From the human T2T-CHM13v2.0 reference genome, Homo sapiens, in assembly GCF_009914755.1 (NCBI RefSeq), contig NC_060941.1: a DNA stretch of 64,000 nt; one strand, written 5' to 3'. The notes beneath the pieces were generated by a model, which was not told where the DNA came from, ran no database searches, and saw only the letters and a list, made by a program, of their open reading frames with translations. The position numbers were made by a program, and so were the translations under genes. Positions within the stretch are counted from its first letter, which is position 1. Each line of letters starts with the position of its first letter. Below are positions 12,017 through 34,020 of this stretch, one piece after another.

Positions 12017-14688
12017 CCTGGCCCCTCTGAACTGCCGGGACAGAGCCCTGGGAAGGTTTTGGGGGTAGAGCCCAGGGGCACTACCCCAGTGCTGGCACAG
12101 GGCAACAGGGAAACAAGAAGTTGCCGAGATGGCGGGAGGCTGAGACTCCAGCCCATTTCCTGTCAGGGCTGCGGAAGTGCTGCCTGAGTTGGGGCGGGTG
12201 GGGTGGAGGGGCCTCAGGTTGAGGGTATTTTTATGCTTCTAGAAACACTGCTGGCTGCCCCACTCAGTGCTCTAATGACCAGTGAGCCGCATCCGAGGCC
12301 CAGACATAGCCATGGTGTGGGCTGCACAGAGGAAGATCACGGCCAGACCCAGCCACAGCATGAACTGCACAGAGAGAATCACGGCTGAGCCTGTGGGGGA
12401 GGGGCGCGCTTGCACAGACAGGGTGGGCAGAGGGGGCGCTGAGTGCTGGGGGCCTGGGCTGGCCTGGAGTGGCTCCTGGGGCGGAAACAGGACAATGAGT
12501 GGTTGTCCACTCCCTCTAGGCCCAGGGAGGGTGTAATGGGAAAGAGGAAGCTTGTGGGGGGGAGGGGAAGAGTTCCCAAAGAGGAAGGGGTCTGGGCAGA
12601 TGTGATATCACAGGGAGCTGGCATCTGGACTGTGCCAGCCCCGAGGAGGACAGGAAGGATTCTGACCACATCACTATCTGCCCGCCTGACCACCTGGGTC
12701 TGTCTCCTCCAGACTCGGTCACCAAGATGCATATGCCCTCCCACGCCTGCATGCCCACATGTGCCCACTCTCACTTGCGTGTCCACATACGTGTACAAGT
12801 ATGCCCGTGCCTGTCCCCTCCTCTCTAAGGACCCAGAGAAGAGGGCCAGGCACCAGCTTCTTCCAGGAGGAAGGTTAAATCTTCTTCCTGGCCTCTCTTC
12901 CCTTCACCCCCTCGTGTGGGGATGACAGACCCCAGCCACGCACAGTGGACACATGCCCTGAGTAAGAAGTTACAGCCCCTCCTCTGAGCCCATGGGTCCA
13001 TCTTGTCTTCCCTCCTCCCTTAGAAGTGCTTCCTCCCCAGGCTTAAGGGCCAGGCAGCACTAAGCCCACCAGCCCACCCCTGCTGAAGTCCACCTCCTTT
13101 CCTGGTCAGGCTCTGACCCCCACCCTTCCACTCTAGGCCCATTCTTCCTCCTCTGGCCCCCACCCTGGATCTCTTTTTCTCCCCTGCCATGTCTCTCAGC
13201 CCCTCTTCTCCTGTACCCACTGTGGGCTGGGGACAAGGACCCCAAGCAGAGCCAGGCACAGTGTGAATGTGGGGCACGAGACACTTGTAGAGATCACACT
13301 AGGAGCAAGACTGGGCCCCATGCCCTGCTCTGCCCACAAAAGCTCTCATACCAGTGTCCCATCCCCTGTACCCGACTCAGAAGCCCAGACCCCAGGGGTA
13401 GACTAATCCCCTCCTCGCTATCAGGGTGGAGGACAGCAGGAATCACAGAAGGCTGGAGGCCTCATGCTTATCACACACCTGACCCATCTCTCTGTCCCCA
13501 CCCTGAGGCCAGGGATGAGGACTCACACACACACACACACACACACACTACACACGTGTGCGTGCATATGACAGGTCACCAAGGGTTATGCAACCAGGCC
13601 TCAGAGACAGGAATAGCCTCTGTAAATTCCAGAGAGGCCAGAAACTCTGAGCCACCAGGGAGGAGCTGGGTGGAGAGGGGAGAGAAGAGGACAGGTGTGG
13701 AACTCAGGCCCTCAGCATTGCCCTGCAGGTAGCATGGGGGGCAGGGACTCCCTATGGCAGAGCCAGGAGTGTCAGTGTCAGGGCTGGGACTGCAGAATGG
13801 GCAGCCAGCAACTCACCTGGCATCTCACCTGCTTCTCTTCCCCAGTAGGAAGCTGGGCCCCCATGATGGGGGTCTCCCAGGGGGCTCCAGCCCCAAACTA
13901 TAGGGAGTGAACAAACTCACACAGTTCCTGCCTGCTCTTGGCCACAGAAGTTGGCTCTCAGGCCCTGTCTCGGATTCCCTCCCCCCAGTGAGAGGAGGTG
14001 ATGACCACAGTGGCTCCCCAGAGGGGTCCACCTCCCTCCACCACACCCTCATGCCTCTGAGAGGCACAAGGGGGAGGGTCAGGAGAGGTTCTAGAACAAA
14101 CCAGCTGCACAACACCCCTCCTTTCCCCACTCTGACCTCACTCTTCCCTCCCAAACCCTCATAGGAAGTGCTGGGGCAGGAGCAGGTGCACTAGGAAGAC
14201 CCAGTCCTCTGGGGCTAGAGGCAAAATGAACGCCTCCAAACCAGGACTTGGCCCAGGAACTGGCTCAGGGGCTGGCGAGGGGACATGGTGTCCTTTGTTG
14301 ACTCAGTGAGTCTGCTCTGTGCCACCCAAGCCAGGTGGAGGGAGAGCCAGAAGGAATGGTGATCTTTGCCTCAAGGAGCTCAGTCATGTCCACACGACAG
14401 GTCCCTCCCCCAAACACATGTTCTCCAGGACAGAAACTGGGTCTCCCTTTAACCATCCCGGCCTGGCCCAGAGCTACATGTCCAGGGGCAGGATCGGAGG
14501 AGCTGGGGGTGACCCCACAGGATCCTGGGCCTCAGGCCTCAGTAGGCTTTGGGGAACTGTGCCTAGCTCAGCCCTCTGAGATTCTGATGGAAGTGGTTTG
14601 GGCCGGGACCTGGGGAAAGTGTTTAATTTTAAGCCTCCTTGGGTGATTTGACTGTGCCTCCCAGGTGTGGCACCACGGCTCAGTATAA

Positions 14689-16909
<2,221 letters not shown>

Positions 16910-17728
16910 TTAGACAATCAGCCCACTGCTTAGAGGCCTTCTACCACTTCCTTGATGATAGATCTGGTCCTCCTCTGGCCTGACTTCTCTCCAGTGTTTG
17001 CTCTTTAAAATCCTCTCCTTCTTGGGCTTCCTCAGGCCAGGCCTCCTAGTTTTCCTTCTTTTTCTTTGCTACTGCTCAGCAATTGGGCCCCAGGCTCCAC
17101 CTCCTCTGCCACGGCCTCATGCTTGGTGTCTCACCTGGCTTCTCACTCCACCGCCTTGGGAGAGCCCAGCCCCACCGGCTGTAGATCAACAACTCGCAGC
17201 ACAGTCTCCAGGCTCACATAGCCCATTGCCATCTGGATGTCCTTTGTACATGTCGAAAACCGTGTGCCCCAAATCAAATTTGTCCTCTCCCTCCTCCTTC
17301 CCCGATCTTAGCATCTGAGTGACATCTACCTCTGTCACTCAAGGTAGAATCATCCTTGCCTCCTGCTGGCTTTGCCTCATCTGACACTGAGCCCCATTGA
17401 TCCGACCAGCCTAAGCCTTGCAGACCTGCCTACCAGTTCTCAGGTAACACCAAGGTTAGAGGAAGACGGAAACACTGCTGCAAGGAAGCAAATAGACACC
17501 TTGCAGGCAGGGCAATGAGTCAATGTCCAGGCAGAAAGAAAGGGTAGGGCTCTTCAAGGGAGATTGAAGAGACAGCCAGATACAAGGCATGGACTTGGAC
17601 GGGATCCTGAACCAAACAAACCAGCTGTGAGAGAGATGTTTTAGGATAAGGCAGAAATCTGACGATGGCTTAGGTCATAGATGACACTAAGGAATTATTG
17701 TTAATTTTCTCAGATATAATAATGGTAG

Positions 17729-20656
<2,928 letters not shown>

Positions 20657-20959
20657 TCACAGATGCCCCATGCCCACAGGCCCACTGGCAGAGACCACCA
20701 TCTCTTCTCCACTCTAGGGCCCCCCCACCAAGTGGGTACTCCTGCAGCTCGACCCCAGCTCTGGGGAGCAAAGTCATATAAACTCACTCTGTGACAGCTC
20801 AGCAGGGGGAACAGAGAGAACCACCAAACCAGTTGCCGCCACCAGACCCCAGCACAGCCGGGACCCAGGACGCACTAAAGATGCCATCACAGGTCATGGG
20901 GAAAGACAAACTTGTCAGTGAAAGGTCACAGGACAACTGGCTGCCCATCCAGAGATAAA

Positions 20960-25180
<4,221 letters not shown>

Positions 25181-26309
25181 TCAAATTCAACTCTGCCAAC
25201 ACCTTCCTCCTCCAGGAAGCACTCCTGGATTTCCCTCTTGCCAACAAGATTCTGGGAGGGCAGCTCCTCCAACATGCCCCCAACAGCTCTCTGCAGACAT
25301 ATCATATCATATCATATCTTCCATACCATAACTGCCATGCCATACAATATCATAACTGGATCTGCTGTTCAATTTCTCCTGGACAGTAAGCTACCTGAGG
25401 GCAGGAACCATCCTTTATTTTTCATTGCTCCCTAGCCCCCAGTACAGCGGCTGACATTCACTGACTAGGTGAATATGGTAAATGAAAAAGCAGAAGGCAC
25501 AATCGTCATTACACTGTGATGTCTCTACGGGAACTGCCCAAGAGATACGCATAAGAAGGCAGAATAAATGGGAAGAAACCAACATGCTCACAGTCATTCG
25601 ATTGAGATTTCCTCCTATTATTCAAATATTTGTAATGGAGTTAAGCTATTTTTATAGGGAGGGAATAGTAATTTACACATTTAACTGGGCCAAGGAGGAG
25701 AAAGGAAGGGGGAGGCTGGGATGATTCTGCAGGCAGGCCCTTCTGCTACCTCTGCTTCCTCTCTCTGGCCCAGTCCCTAGACAGACATGGAGGCCTGGGC
25801 AGGGGCCCCTGCCCCCCTCCTTTCATGCCTCACAGGGGACCCCCAGCCAGGAGAGGGCAAGGAGGCAGGGTGGGCACCCACAGCAGCCTCAGCTGGACAG
25901 AAGGGTCCTGCAGGCCTCACCCGGCTCAGGCAACAGTTCTGGAAATTCCCTCAACACCAGAATCCTTCTGCAATCTGGAAACAGAGCTTCCCAAATTTTA
26001 GCAAGAGCACCTCTGTGCCTGTGCCCCAGAGCCCTAGTCCTGGCAGCCCTGTTTCCCCTTCAATATGAACCAACAGCCACTGACCTCTCACTCCCCGGCA
26101 CAGATCCAGCTCCCAATCTCCCTAACATTCAGGCATGGAGACTCGACCACATCCCTGATCATCAGCTACGCCCTGGTCACGATCATGGACTTTCCCATTC
26201 CCCAGGGCCTGGCACTGACCACCCATCCAGGCTGGCATTCAGTACTGATGCCCACCCCTCCCTGTACTGGACGCAGTCAGCTCTAGGAAGGGCAGAGAAA
26301 ACAGGTCTA

Positions 26310-26540
26310 TGGGAGCTAAGCTATGAGGATGCAAAGGCCTAAGAATGATATAATGGATTTTGGGGACTTGGGAGTGGGGGAAGGGTGGGAGGGGGGTGAG
26401 GGATAAAAGACTACACATTGGGTACAGTGCACACCAGTCGGGTGACGGGTGCACCAAAATCTCAGAAATAGCCACTAAAGAACTTATTCACGTAACCAAA
26501 CACCACCTGCTCCGCAAAACCATTGAAATAAACATTACAA
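26310..26540 (+). mobile_element. 5'-truncated L1PB-like 3' end, 12-bp TSD aaaacaggtcta
   Basis: gggagctaagctatgaggatgcaaagg...gtaaccaaacaccacctg; TSD 26298-26309 / 26541-26552. Confidence 0.88.
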
Positions 26541-27275
26541 AAAACAGGTCTAGAGTGAGGTCAACTGCTGAGGCCTGGGAAGAAAGTGAGGGGGCAGGTG
26601 GGCTTGTCCTGGGGCCCATCGCAGGCCCCTGGGCGCTGAAGGGAGCCAAGGACTAAGAGGTGAGAGCCAGGCACAGGCTCCAGCGAGACCTGAAGAGATC
26701 ATGGGGCCTGCAGGAGAGCCAGGGGGTGCGGGGGGTGGGCAGGGAGATCTCTGGGTGGACAGCAATGTGGGGTGAGGGTGGGAGGGAGATCCAAGAAGCT
26801 GCTGTCTCCTAAGTCAGGTCCTAGGCAGGCAGAGGGGCTCCTGGGACAGCCTGGGGCTGCAGGTGAGTCACCGGGAGGGAACTGGGTCAGGTGTAAAGAA
26901 ACCAGCAGGGCCACCCCAGGGTGGCTGCCCCACCTGGGGGTTGGGGGTGGGGGGTGCCGGAGGAGGGAGTACGAGCAAGGGGCTAGCTAGAGTCCCTTCA
27001 ACTTGGCCTCAGCTTCCTGCTGTTACCAACACCCCTTGCCAAAGTCCCCCTAGCTGGCCCCGAAGGGGGACAGGAGGGTCTGTCCCAAGGCCAGTTCCTT
27101 TCTCTCAGTCACAGTGGCCTCGGGCTGCCCTTGGAGTTTGTCCTAGGAAGTGGGTGCTGGGCCTGGATCCAGAGGGGAGGGGCCCCCAGATGGGTTTTAG
27201 GATTCGGGAAAGGGAGGGGAGAGATTGGGGAAACTGCTGTGGCCACCCCCTAGTCCCCCAGGGGCGAGGACTCAC

Positions 27276-27480
27276 TCAGTTCCCAGTGGAGGAGAAGGAA
27301 TGAGGGCCCCGGGCTCCTTCCAGTCGGGGCTGCCTGCTCATGTGCGGCGCCTCCGGGGCTGCTTGTATAAGAAGGTGCAGCAGCCCGGCTGGAACTTCCC
27401 TCCCAGCGGCCAATGCCCCAGCAGCAGGGGCGGGCTCCAGGCCAGCTCCACCTGCCTGGGCCTTCCCACCTCTGGGCGGG
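27276..27480 (-). promoter_or_regulatory. ARHGAP27: Candidate internal ARHGAP27 promoter and non-coding first exon
   Basis: GC boxes 27427-27434 and 27474-27480, CCAAT 27410-27414, kB-like 27391-27400, TATA-like ~27364-27370, donor |gtgagt at 27270-27275. Confidence 0.55.
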
Positions 27481-30400
27481 GATGGTGACCGCACCCTGAA
27501 ATCCCAGAGTCAGGACCAAGGGAAGAGTCTCAGAGGCCCCTTTATTGCACTGGCTTTGGCCTGGCTTCCCAGAGCTCCCTGAGTGGCCTCTTTGTGGGAG
27601 AGGAGGAGTCATCCCTGCTTACCTCCCCTGTCTCCCTCTATCCCCTCTCAGAAGGGTTTGCTTCTGCCCTCTCCTGGGCAGCAAAAGAACAGGAGATGTC
27701 CCTCCTGGGACATCAACTCTTCCACAACAGGGCTGGGCACGCAGGACGCTCAGAAGAAGGAGCATGTGCCTGCCTTCAGCTTGTACTGTTCTTGTTGAGG
27801 GGAACAGGGTGGCCAACCCTAAAGGCCACCAGGCTGAAACTGAACCTGCTGGCCAGGGTGGGGCTTGGGGTCAGGGGGCCTGGAACTGTCCTGAACACAG
27901 CCACTTCCTGGCCGTGTGAGCTTCGTCGTGTCACTAAACCTCTCTGAACCTCTGTTTGTACTCAGGGCAAATGGAGGTGCCTACGCCTGCCTTCCAAGCT
28001 GCTGGGAGCTTAACCCTGGGTTACAAGCCTTTCAGCAAGAGCCCACAGGACTGTTAGCCCCTTTGGGACTGCATCTTACCACACTTTGTCCCCAGTGTCC
28101 AGCACAGTGACCAGCCCACCCCAAGTGCTCAATATGCGCGATTAGAGTGCATGGGGAGTGACAAGGCTGTAAAACACCATCCATGGCAGGAGCTCCTCTG
28201 TTCTGGGGGTCCCTGGCCCTGTCTGGTAGCCTGCCCTAAGCCCTGAGCTGCTGCCTGACAGAAGGGCATCCCCACACACTCCCCAGTGCCCCTGTGCCAT
28301 GCCATCCCCACATCCTGCCCCCTCTGTTCTGCACCCACTTTCTTCTGAGATCCCTTCTCAGCAACAACCTTCTCCCCATCTTTAGCCTCCCCATCTCCTG
28401 CCCACCCACCTGAGCCTGGGGACGGTTCCATCCATGACCCTACACCCCCTCTGGCCACACTGTGTCTCTCTCCTTCTGCCCGTTGTCCACACACTCAATT
28501 CGCACCCTCACTTCACTACTGACCACTGCCCTCTGCCTTCAGCAGCCCCCTGACCAGCTGAGCGTCTAGTGGTCACTTAGGGTAAGTGTTATACGGCCTT
28601 TCTCTCACATGACCTTCCTGTGCGTCCTTCTTCTGGACACTTCTTGGCCTCTGAGCCAGCACTCTCATGCTTCTCTTCCCTTTGGCACCTAAATCCAGGT
28701 GGGCCCCATCTTTTTTCCACTCTGCTCCTCCCCAAGTCATCCCCCCGTCAGGAAGCAGCACCACTGTCTGCCCACGAGTGCCAGCTGGGAATCTAGAACT
28801 CAACCTGATTTCCCTCCCACCTCCCTCGGCCCCCAGACCCTGCCCATCCATCTCCCAAACCTCTGTTTCCACACATGCCCACGAGACCACCAAGAGCTTC
28901 AGCCATTCTTGAAGCCCTGGCCACAGGGATTTTTTTCTCAATCCCATTCCTGTCTCTGCTAAAAGCCTCACAGCGGCTGCAGGATAATGTGCACATTCCT
29001 GGCAAGGGCCCACGAGGCCCTGCCCGGGTGGGCACCCACTCTCAACCCTATGCTCCACTCTGAGCCCCGGCCCCATGTCTTCTCTTGCTGGCCTCCTATC
29101 CAAGAGGGTGAGTCCCCCAGGATCGTGGCTGTGCCTCAGTCCTCTCCAGATCCGAAGGCTCACCAGGGCTTGGCAGGTATTCAGCTAGTTGATGCCTAAT
29201 GAAGGAGTGAATGGGCCTGGAGGATCATGGTGGGGAAACTCTGCCTGGGACAACTAAGAGCAGGGATGGGGTTCCCTTGCGGGGGCAGGGCCAACTCCCT
29301 ACCCTGGACTTTGTTGGGGGTGGAGCACCAGGGAGACCCACAGCTGCCTCTTGAATAAAGCTCTGTGGCAGGGAACGTGGTATTATTGCACACATCGCAC
29401 AGGGGAGGAAACAGGACCAGAGATGCAAAGCGACTTGTGGAGGTCACAAGTGGGGCCAGAGAGCTGCCTGTCTCTGGCCAATGTCCTAGATTCCCCCCCT
29501 GGGTAAGTCCCCTACCCCTATCATCGGTGCCCCTCCCTCCATATGCCACTGCAACTGGGAACCTGCTGGGAGCTGGAGGAAGGATGGGCAGAGGGGCCAC
29601 CTGGCAGGCGCCCTGGCAGCCGGGGTGATCTGTCTTCTCAGGAGATGTCAGGACCTGGGCAGTCTCCTTCCTCTTTGGTCCTGGGGCCTGGGGTGTTGGC
29701 CCTTGCAGACCTACAGAGCCCTGGCTCATAGGTAAAGGGCTGCCGCACCTCTGCGCTTCTCAACACACACTCTCTGTGCACTCTGTTTGAGCCAGACCCT
29801 GGGCCAGATGCGAGGTTCAAAGAGCAAGGCCATTCCCCCACCTCCAGGGGCTCTGCTCAGATGGGCAGGCACCCTCCCACCGTCACTAGGACAGAGTGGC
29901 AGTGCCCAGCCCCGCCCGCCGGGTGCCGTTCCCCACCCTGGCCACAAGGCGGCGGGCTACCGCTGCAGAAGCCTGAGTGAAGGCGGCGGAGACCCAGGGA
30001 AGCCAAACCAGGACTACCCAGACAGCCTGGGTGGACCCCCTGCTGCTGTCAAGCGCTTCGAAGCCTTACCTCGTTTAAGGCTCACAACCCTAATCCTTAA
30101 GTATTGTGCTTACACCAGAGGACGCTGGGCCTGGGGGAACGTCCTCGCGTGTAAGTTAAGTGGCTGTCAGCAGCTGGCAGGTGACCCAGCAGAATCCAGT
30201 TCCCCTTTCCCTAGTCTCAAAACCTGAGCTCTGCATTGTAACGAGTCGGGCGGAGGGAACACCCAGCAGCGGGCCTACGGAGGCGTGTCTCCTTCGTCTG
30301 GGCATCCCGGACTCAGTCCTGGCACATAGTGGGCATCAGTGTTCATGGTAATGACATCAGGTACAGCGAAAGAAATCAGAGGCTCCCGAGGATCAGAGGT

Positions 30401-31334
30401 CATCTGTCCAACCCCTCCCTTTGGGCTAAAGAACAAACCGAGACCCTAAGAGAGGAAAAGAACTGCCCCTAGATCATCACACGGCCGGTGGCAGATGGCA
30501 GAACGGTTCTGAGCATCTTTTTTTCCCCTCGGGCTGCCCCTCTCTGAAAAGTTCCTAAAGTTCAAAATGTCAGGGTCGCCTAGAGTGTTCTGAGGATGTA
30601 AGACCTGTTTTTAAAACGTGCTCTATTTTCGATTTCCCAGATGAACACAACTGGACTCTGAAGAGGGGGAAAAAAACAACCTCACTTAACCGGACGTCTT
30701 TCTGAAACAAACCCATCAAGAGTTCTTTAAAAAAAGGAACTGAAATGCTGGAAGCACCCTCAAAGGGAAGCAGACGCCTGACTTTCACATCCACCCTCTC
30801 ATCTGACCCCAGACTCCTGGGAGACGGGCAAGTCGGTTGGGCCGGGGCAGGCCCGCAATCCCCCGTTCCGTGCCCAGATGCGCTTCGGAATACAGAACAG
30901 CTGGGACTTGGAAAGATAATATGGGGCACACACCTGCAGTAGGTTATATAACCTCCCAGCAGGGCTTGGGGCAGCAGCCGACCATCGAGCTCATTTGCAT
31001 TTCTGCAGCGAAACATGAATATTCACACAAGTGCGATAAATAAAGACCATCAGCAGCCTCACATCAGTTCAAGCGCAATTTTGCCACCAATTGGATTACG
31101 AAAAGCCTCTGGGCTTCCAGGGAGCTTTGGAGCTTGGGAATTGCTGATGAGGGACTGCGGGCGTGCACCCCTCACGTTTCGCGGTTGGGGAGAGGGAGCT
31201 CATCCGAAGTCTTCGGACAGAGGTGGGCGTCGTGCCCGACGCTGAGCGGAGCGGGTCTCCTTGCGCCCCGGCTCCGTGCGGGCGCGGTCCCTAGCGCGCC
31301 ACCCGCCTCCGCGCCCCAGCGCCCGGGGAGGTAC

Positions 31335-31991
31335 CTGCTCTGCGCTCTCCTCCCGCGGCGGGACGTGCAAGTCCTGGATGACCTCGTAGACGTTCTCTGA
31401 GTCGCTGCGCGCCAGAGGCCGCGGGCACACCCAGGAGCCCGCCACGCTGCAGGCCTTGAAGCTGCCGCTGCTTCCTAGGAGGCCGGCGGGAGGCGAGACG
31501 GCGGCGCAGGCCAGGTCGTTCAGGGACTGCGCGGGCCGCACGGGCGCCGCGGGCCGCAGGTACAGGCAGGCTGGCAGGCCGGGCGCCAGGCTGCTGCGCT
31601 GGGTCGCGGCGCCGCGTTGCGCAGGGCCGCACAGGGAGCTGGCTCGGCCTCCGGACTCCTCGGGGGCGCCGTCGGGGCCCGCGGTCGCCGCCGCGCTCAC
31701 AAACCGGTAGTCGTAGGCGAGCGGCTCAGGGGCCGCGGGGCTCGGGTGGGGACCTGGCGGCGCGGCGGCGGCAGGGTTGCCCAGCGCGGGCAGCTCGCGC
31801 ACGTACTGCGCAGGCAGGTAGAAGGGGCGGCCGCCGGGCTCACGCCGCACGTGCCACCAGTGCTCGGTGCTGCGCCGCAGCAGCCGGTAGCGCTCATTCG
31901 GCCGGATGGCCACGCGGCGCCCGTCCTTGCCGGTGTACTCGAAGGGGTGCTCCACCAGCACGTACACGTCCCCCACCACGTCCGCCGCCAT
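31335..31991 (-). CDS. ARHGAP27: ARHGAP27 first coding exon of the long isoform, N-terminal SH3 (MAADVVGDVYVLVEHPFEY...EESAEQ); exon starts at 32009
   Basis: 219 codons, SH3 signature (HPFEY...WW...PFYLPAQYV), ccgcag| acceptor at 32010, CAG|gtacct donor. Confidence 0.95.
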
Positions 31992-33332
31992 CGCAGCCGC
32001 GGCGTTTTCCTGCGGGCAACAAGAAGGAGGGCCGCGGAGGTCAAGACCACCGAGCCTGGAATAGCCCCGCACTCGGGGACAGACTTGGGTTCGAGTCCCG
32101 ATCCTGCACTCGCCGTTCGCCTTCGGGCCTCAGTTTTCCCATCTCTAAAATGGGAACTTGCATAAAATCACATGTAAGGCTTCCATTCTTACACTCAGTG
32201 CTGGAATTAGGACAGCCCTTCGTTCTGTGGGGTTGATTCTAAGATTTGACCCTTGCTTCAGTCCTGCGGTGGGGAGATTGTGGGTAGTCTTGGTCCAAAT
32301 CGACTGCGAGGGAAGCCTTGGCTTTAAAACGAGGGGTGATTGCCCGCTCTAAGGTCGACACCACGCTTGCTTAATAGTTGACTGCGCCTTAGTTTTCCGT
32401 CAGTCAAGTAGGAAGAACACCCCATTTACTGCCGCTCCCCGGCTCTGTCCCGCCTGGAAGCCTCCCGCCCGCAGAGAATCAGCAGAGGGTCTCGTAGCAC
32501 TGCCTCCCTCCAGCAGCTTGCGCCCCGACCCCCTGGTCAGAGTTGGAATGTGGGCTCTGTAGGGGGCCGAGCGAACAGCTCTACCTGGGGGCTGTCGCTG
32601 CCCCCCTTAGTCCGAGGGCCTTGCTGTAGAGGCCTCCGCTGCCAATGCAGGGGAACCGGTTCTCTCGGTTTCTCTTTCCTTCCCCAGCTGCATCACCGCA
32701 GACGTGAGCCCGAGCCCGGCCCGCCCAGCCCGGCCCGCACCGCCCCCTGCTCTCCAGCTCTCACGCCGCCCCCCGAGAAAGGCCCTGCCCCTGTGGCCTG
32801 TCCACCTGCCCTGTGACCCCTACAGTGTCCCCACGAGTGGCTCCTGGAGAATGCACTCTGAGACAGTGACTATAAGTGCGGAGTCCCAGAGCAGGGCCAC
32901 CCAAAGCTCTCCGGAGTGGTGGTCATAAGCCCCGCTCCCGCCCGGGCTTCGGGGTGTCAGGGATGGGGGAGAGCCTAACTAAATCTGTCTGCGCCCCTCC
33001 ACCAAAGCCATGAGTCGGTTTTCTCCGGAAGTGCATGGCCCCTCCAAACTCCCACACTGACCACACCTCTTCCTGCCCCCTAAGGTGGCCCGGACCCGGG
33101 GCCAGGAGACCGCCGCTTGCCGAGGCAGAGGAGCAGGTTCCAACGGGGGCCCCAGCAGGGCTCCTCCGCCACTTTGTCAAGCGTTCCTCGACGAGGAAAG
33201 GGTGTAAACTGAGTCACTAAGCACGCTGGGCCCCGGAGGCGGGGTCATCGAGCTGCCCGGTGCTGAACCAACAAACCCCAAGCAGGACACTCCCCCGGCG
33301 CCCCCTCCCCTTGGACCCCGCAGCGCACTCAC

Positions 33333-33639
33333 GTCGGCTGGGCGGGCCTCAGGGAGCCCATGGGCTGGGTGGGCGGAGCCGGCGGTGGCTGCAGGTTAGG
33401 CCCCTACCATCGCCCTGGGCGGGGTTTCCAGGGGCGAGGCCGGAGAGGCTGCGCGGAACAGGAGCTGGCAAGCAGAGCGAAGAGGGACAGGGACGCTCAG
33501 GAGTGCTGTCACCGATACCCAAAGCAGCCGTGTCTGGGTGGGGCGAGGAGGAGCCTGAATGCCTCTGCTGGGGACCTTGGGGGGCATTGGGACGAGGCCC
33601 AGAGCAGAAGGCCGGCACCTGGAGCCGGGACTGCTGCGT
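33333..33639 (-). other. ARHGAP27: Predicted ARHGAP27 5'UTR exon
   Basis: ccccttcag| acceptor and GAC|gtgagt donor; splice signals only. Confidence 0.55.
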
Positions 33640-33927
33640 CTGAAGGGGCACTGGCAGGTCGCGAGCGGAGCCCAAGGAGGATGGGACCGCCCCCGCTCCG
33701 CCTTCCCCCTCTATTCCCCGCCCCCCCACCCCCCACCCCCCGGGATTTGCTGTCCGGGAGTGCCTGCGTCCCTCCTGTGCGCGGCTCTGGGAATGCCGGG
33801 CTGGGGCTGGTTGTCTCGTGCGGGCGTTCCTGTTCCCGGGGAGGTCATTTGCACCCTGAATCACCCACTGCGAGCCCTTCCAACCGGATTGCAAATCCGC
33901 CCGCTCCGGGCCCACCTCTTCCCTCAC

Positions 33928-34020
33928 CAGGGCCTTTCCCGGAGCAGCCCGGCCGGGCCTGGAAAAACTCCGAGCGGGATTCCCAGCGCAGGGACGCCCA
34001 CCGGAGCTCGATGTCTCGGG
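33928..34020 (-). other. ARHGAP27: Predicted ARHGAP27 5'UTR exon
   Basis: ccccttcttatccag| acceptor and CTG|gtgagg donor; splice signals only. Confidence 0.55.

Noticed and set aside
30993-31044. Octamer ATTTGCAT, palindrome TGAATATTCA and a plus-strand AATAAA
   Set aside because: Short motifs expected by chance; no supporting antisense exon structure identified
31992-32072. N-terminal extension MRGYSRL... of the 290-aa ORF
   Set aside because: Begins at a non-ATG codon and crosses the acceptor at 32010, so it is intronic; the real start is MAADVV
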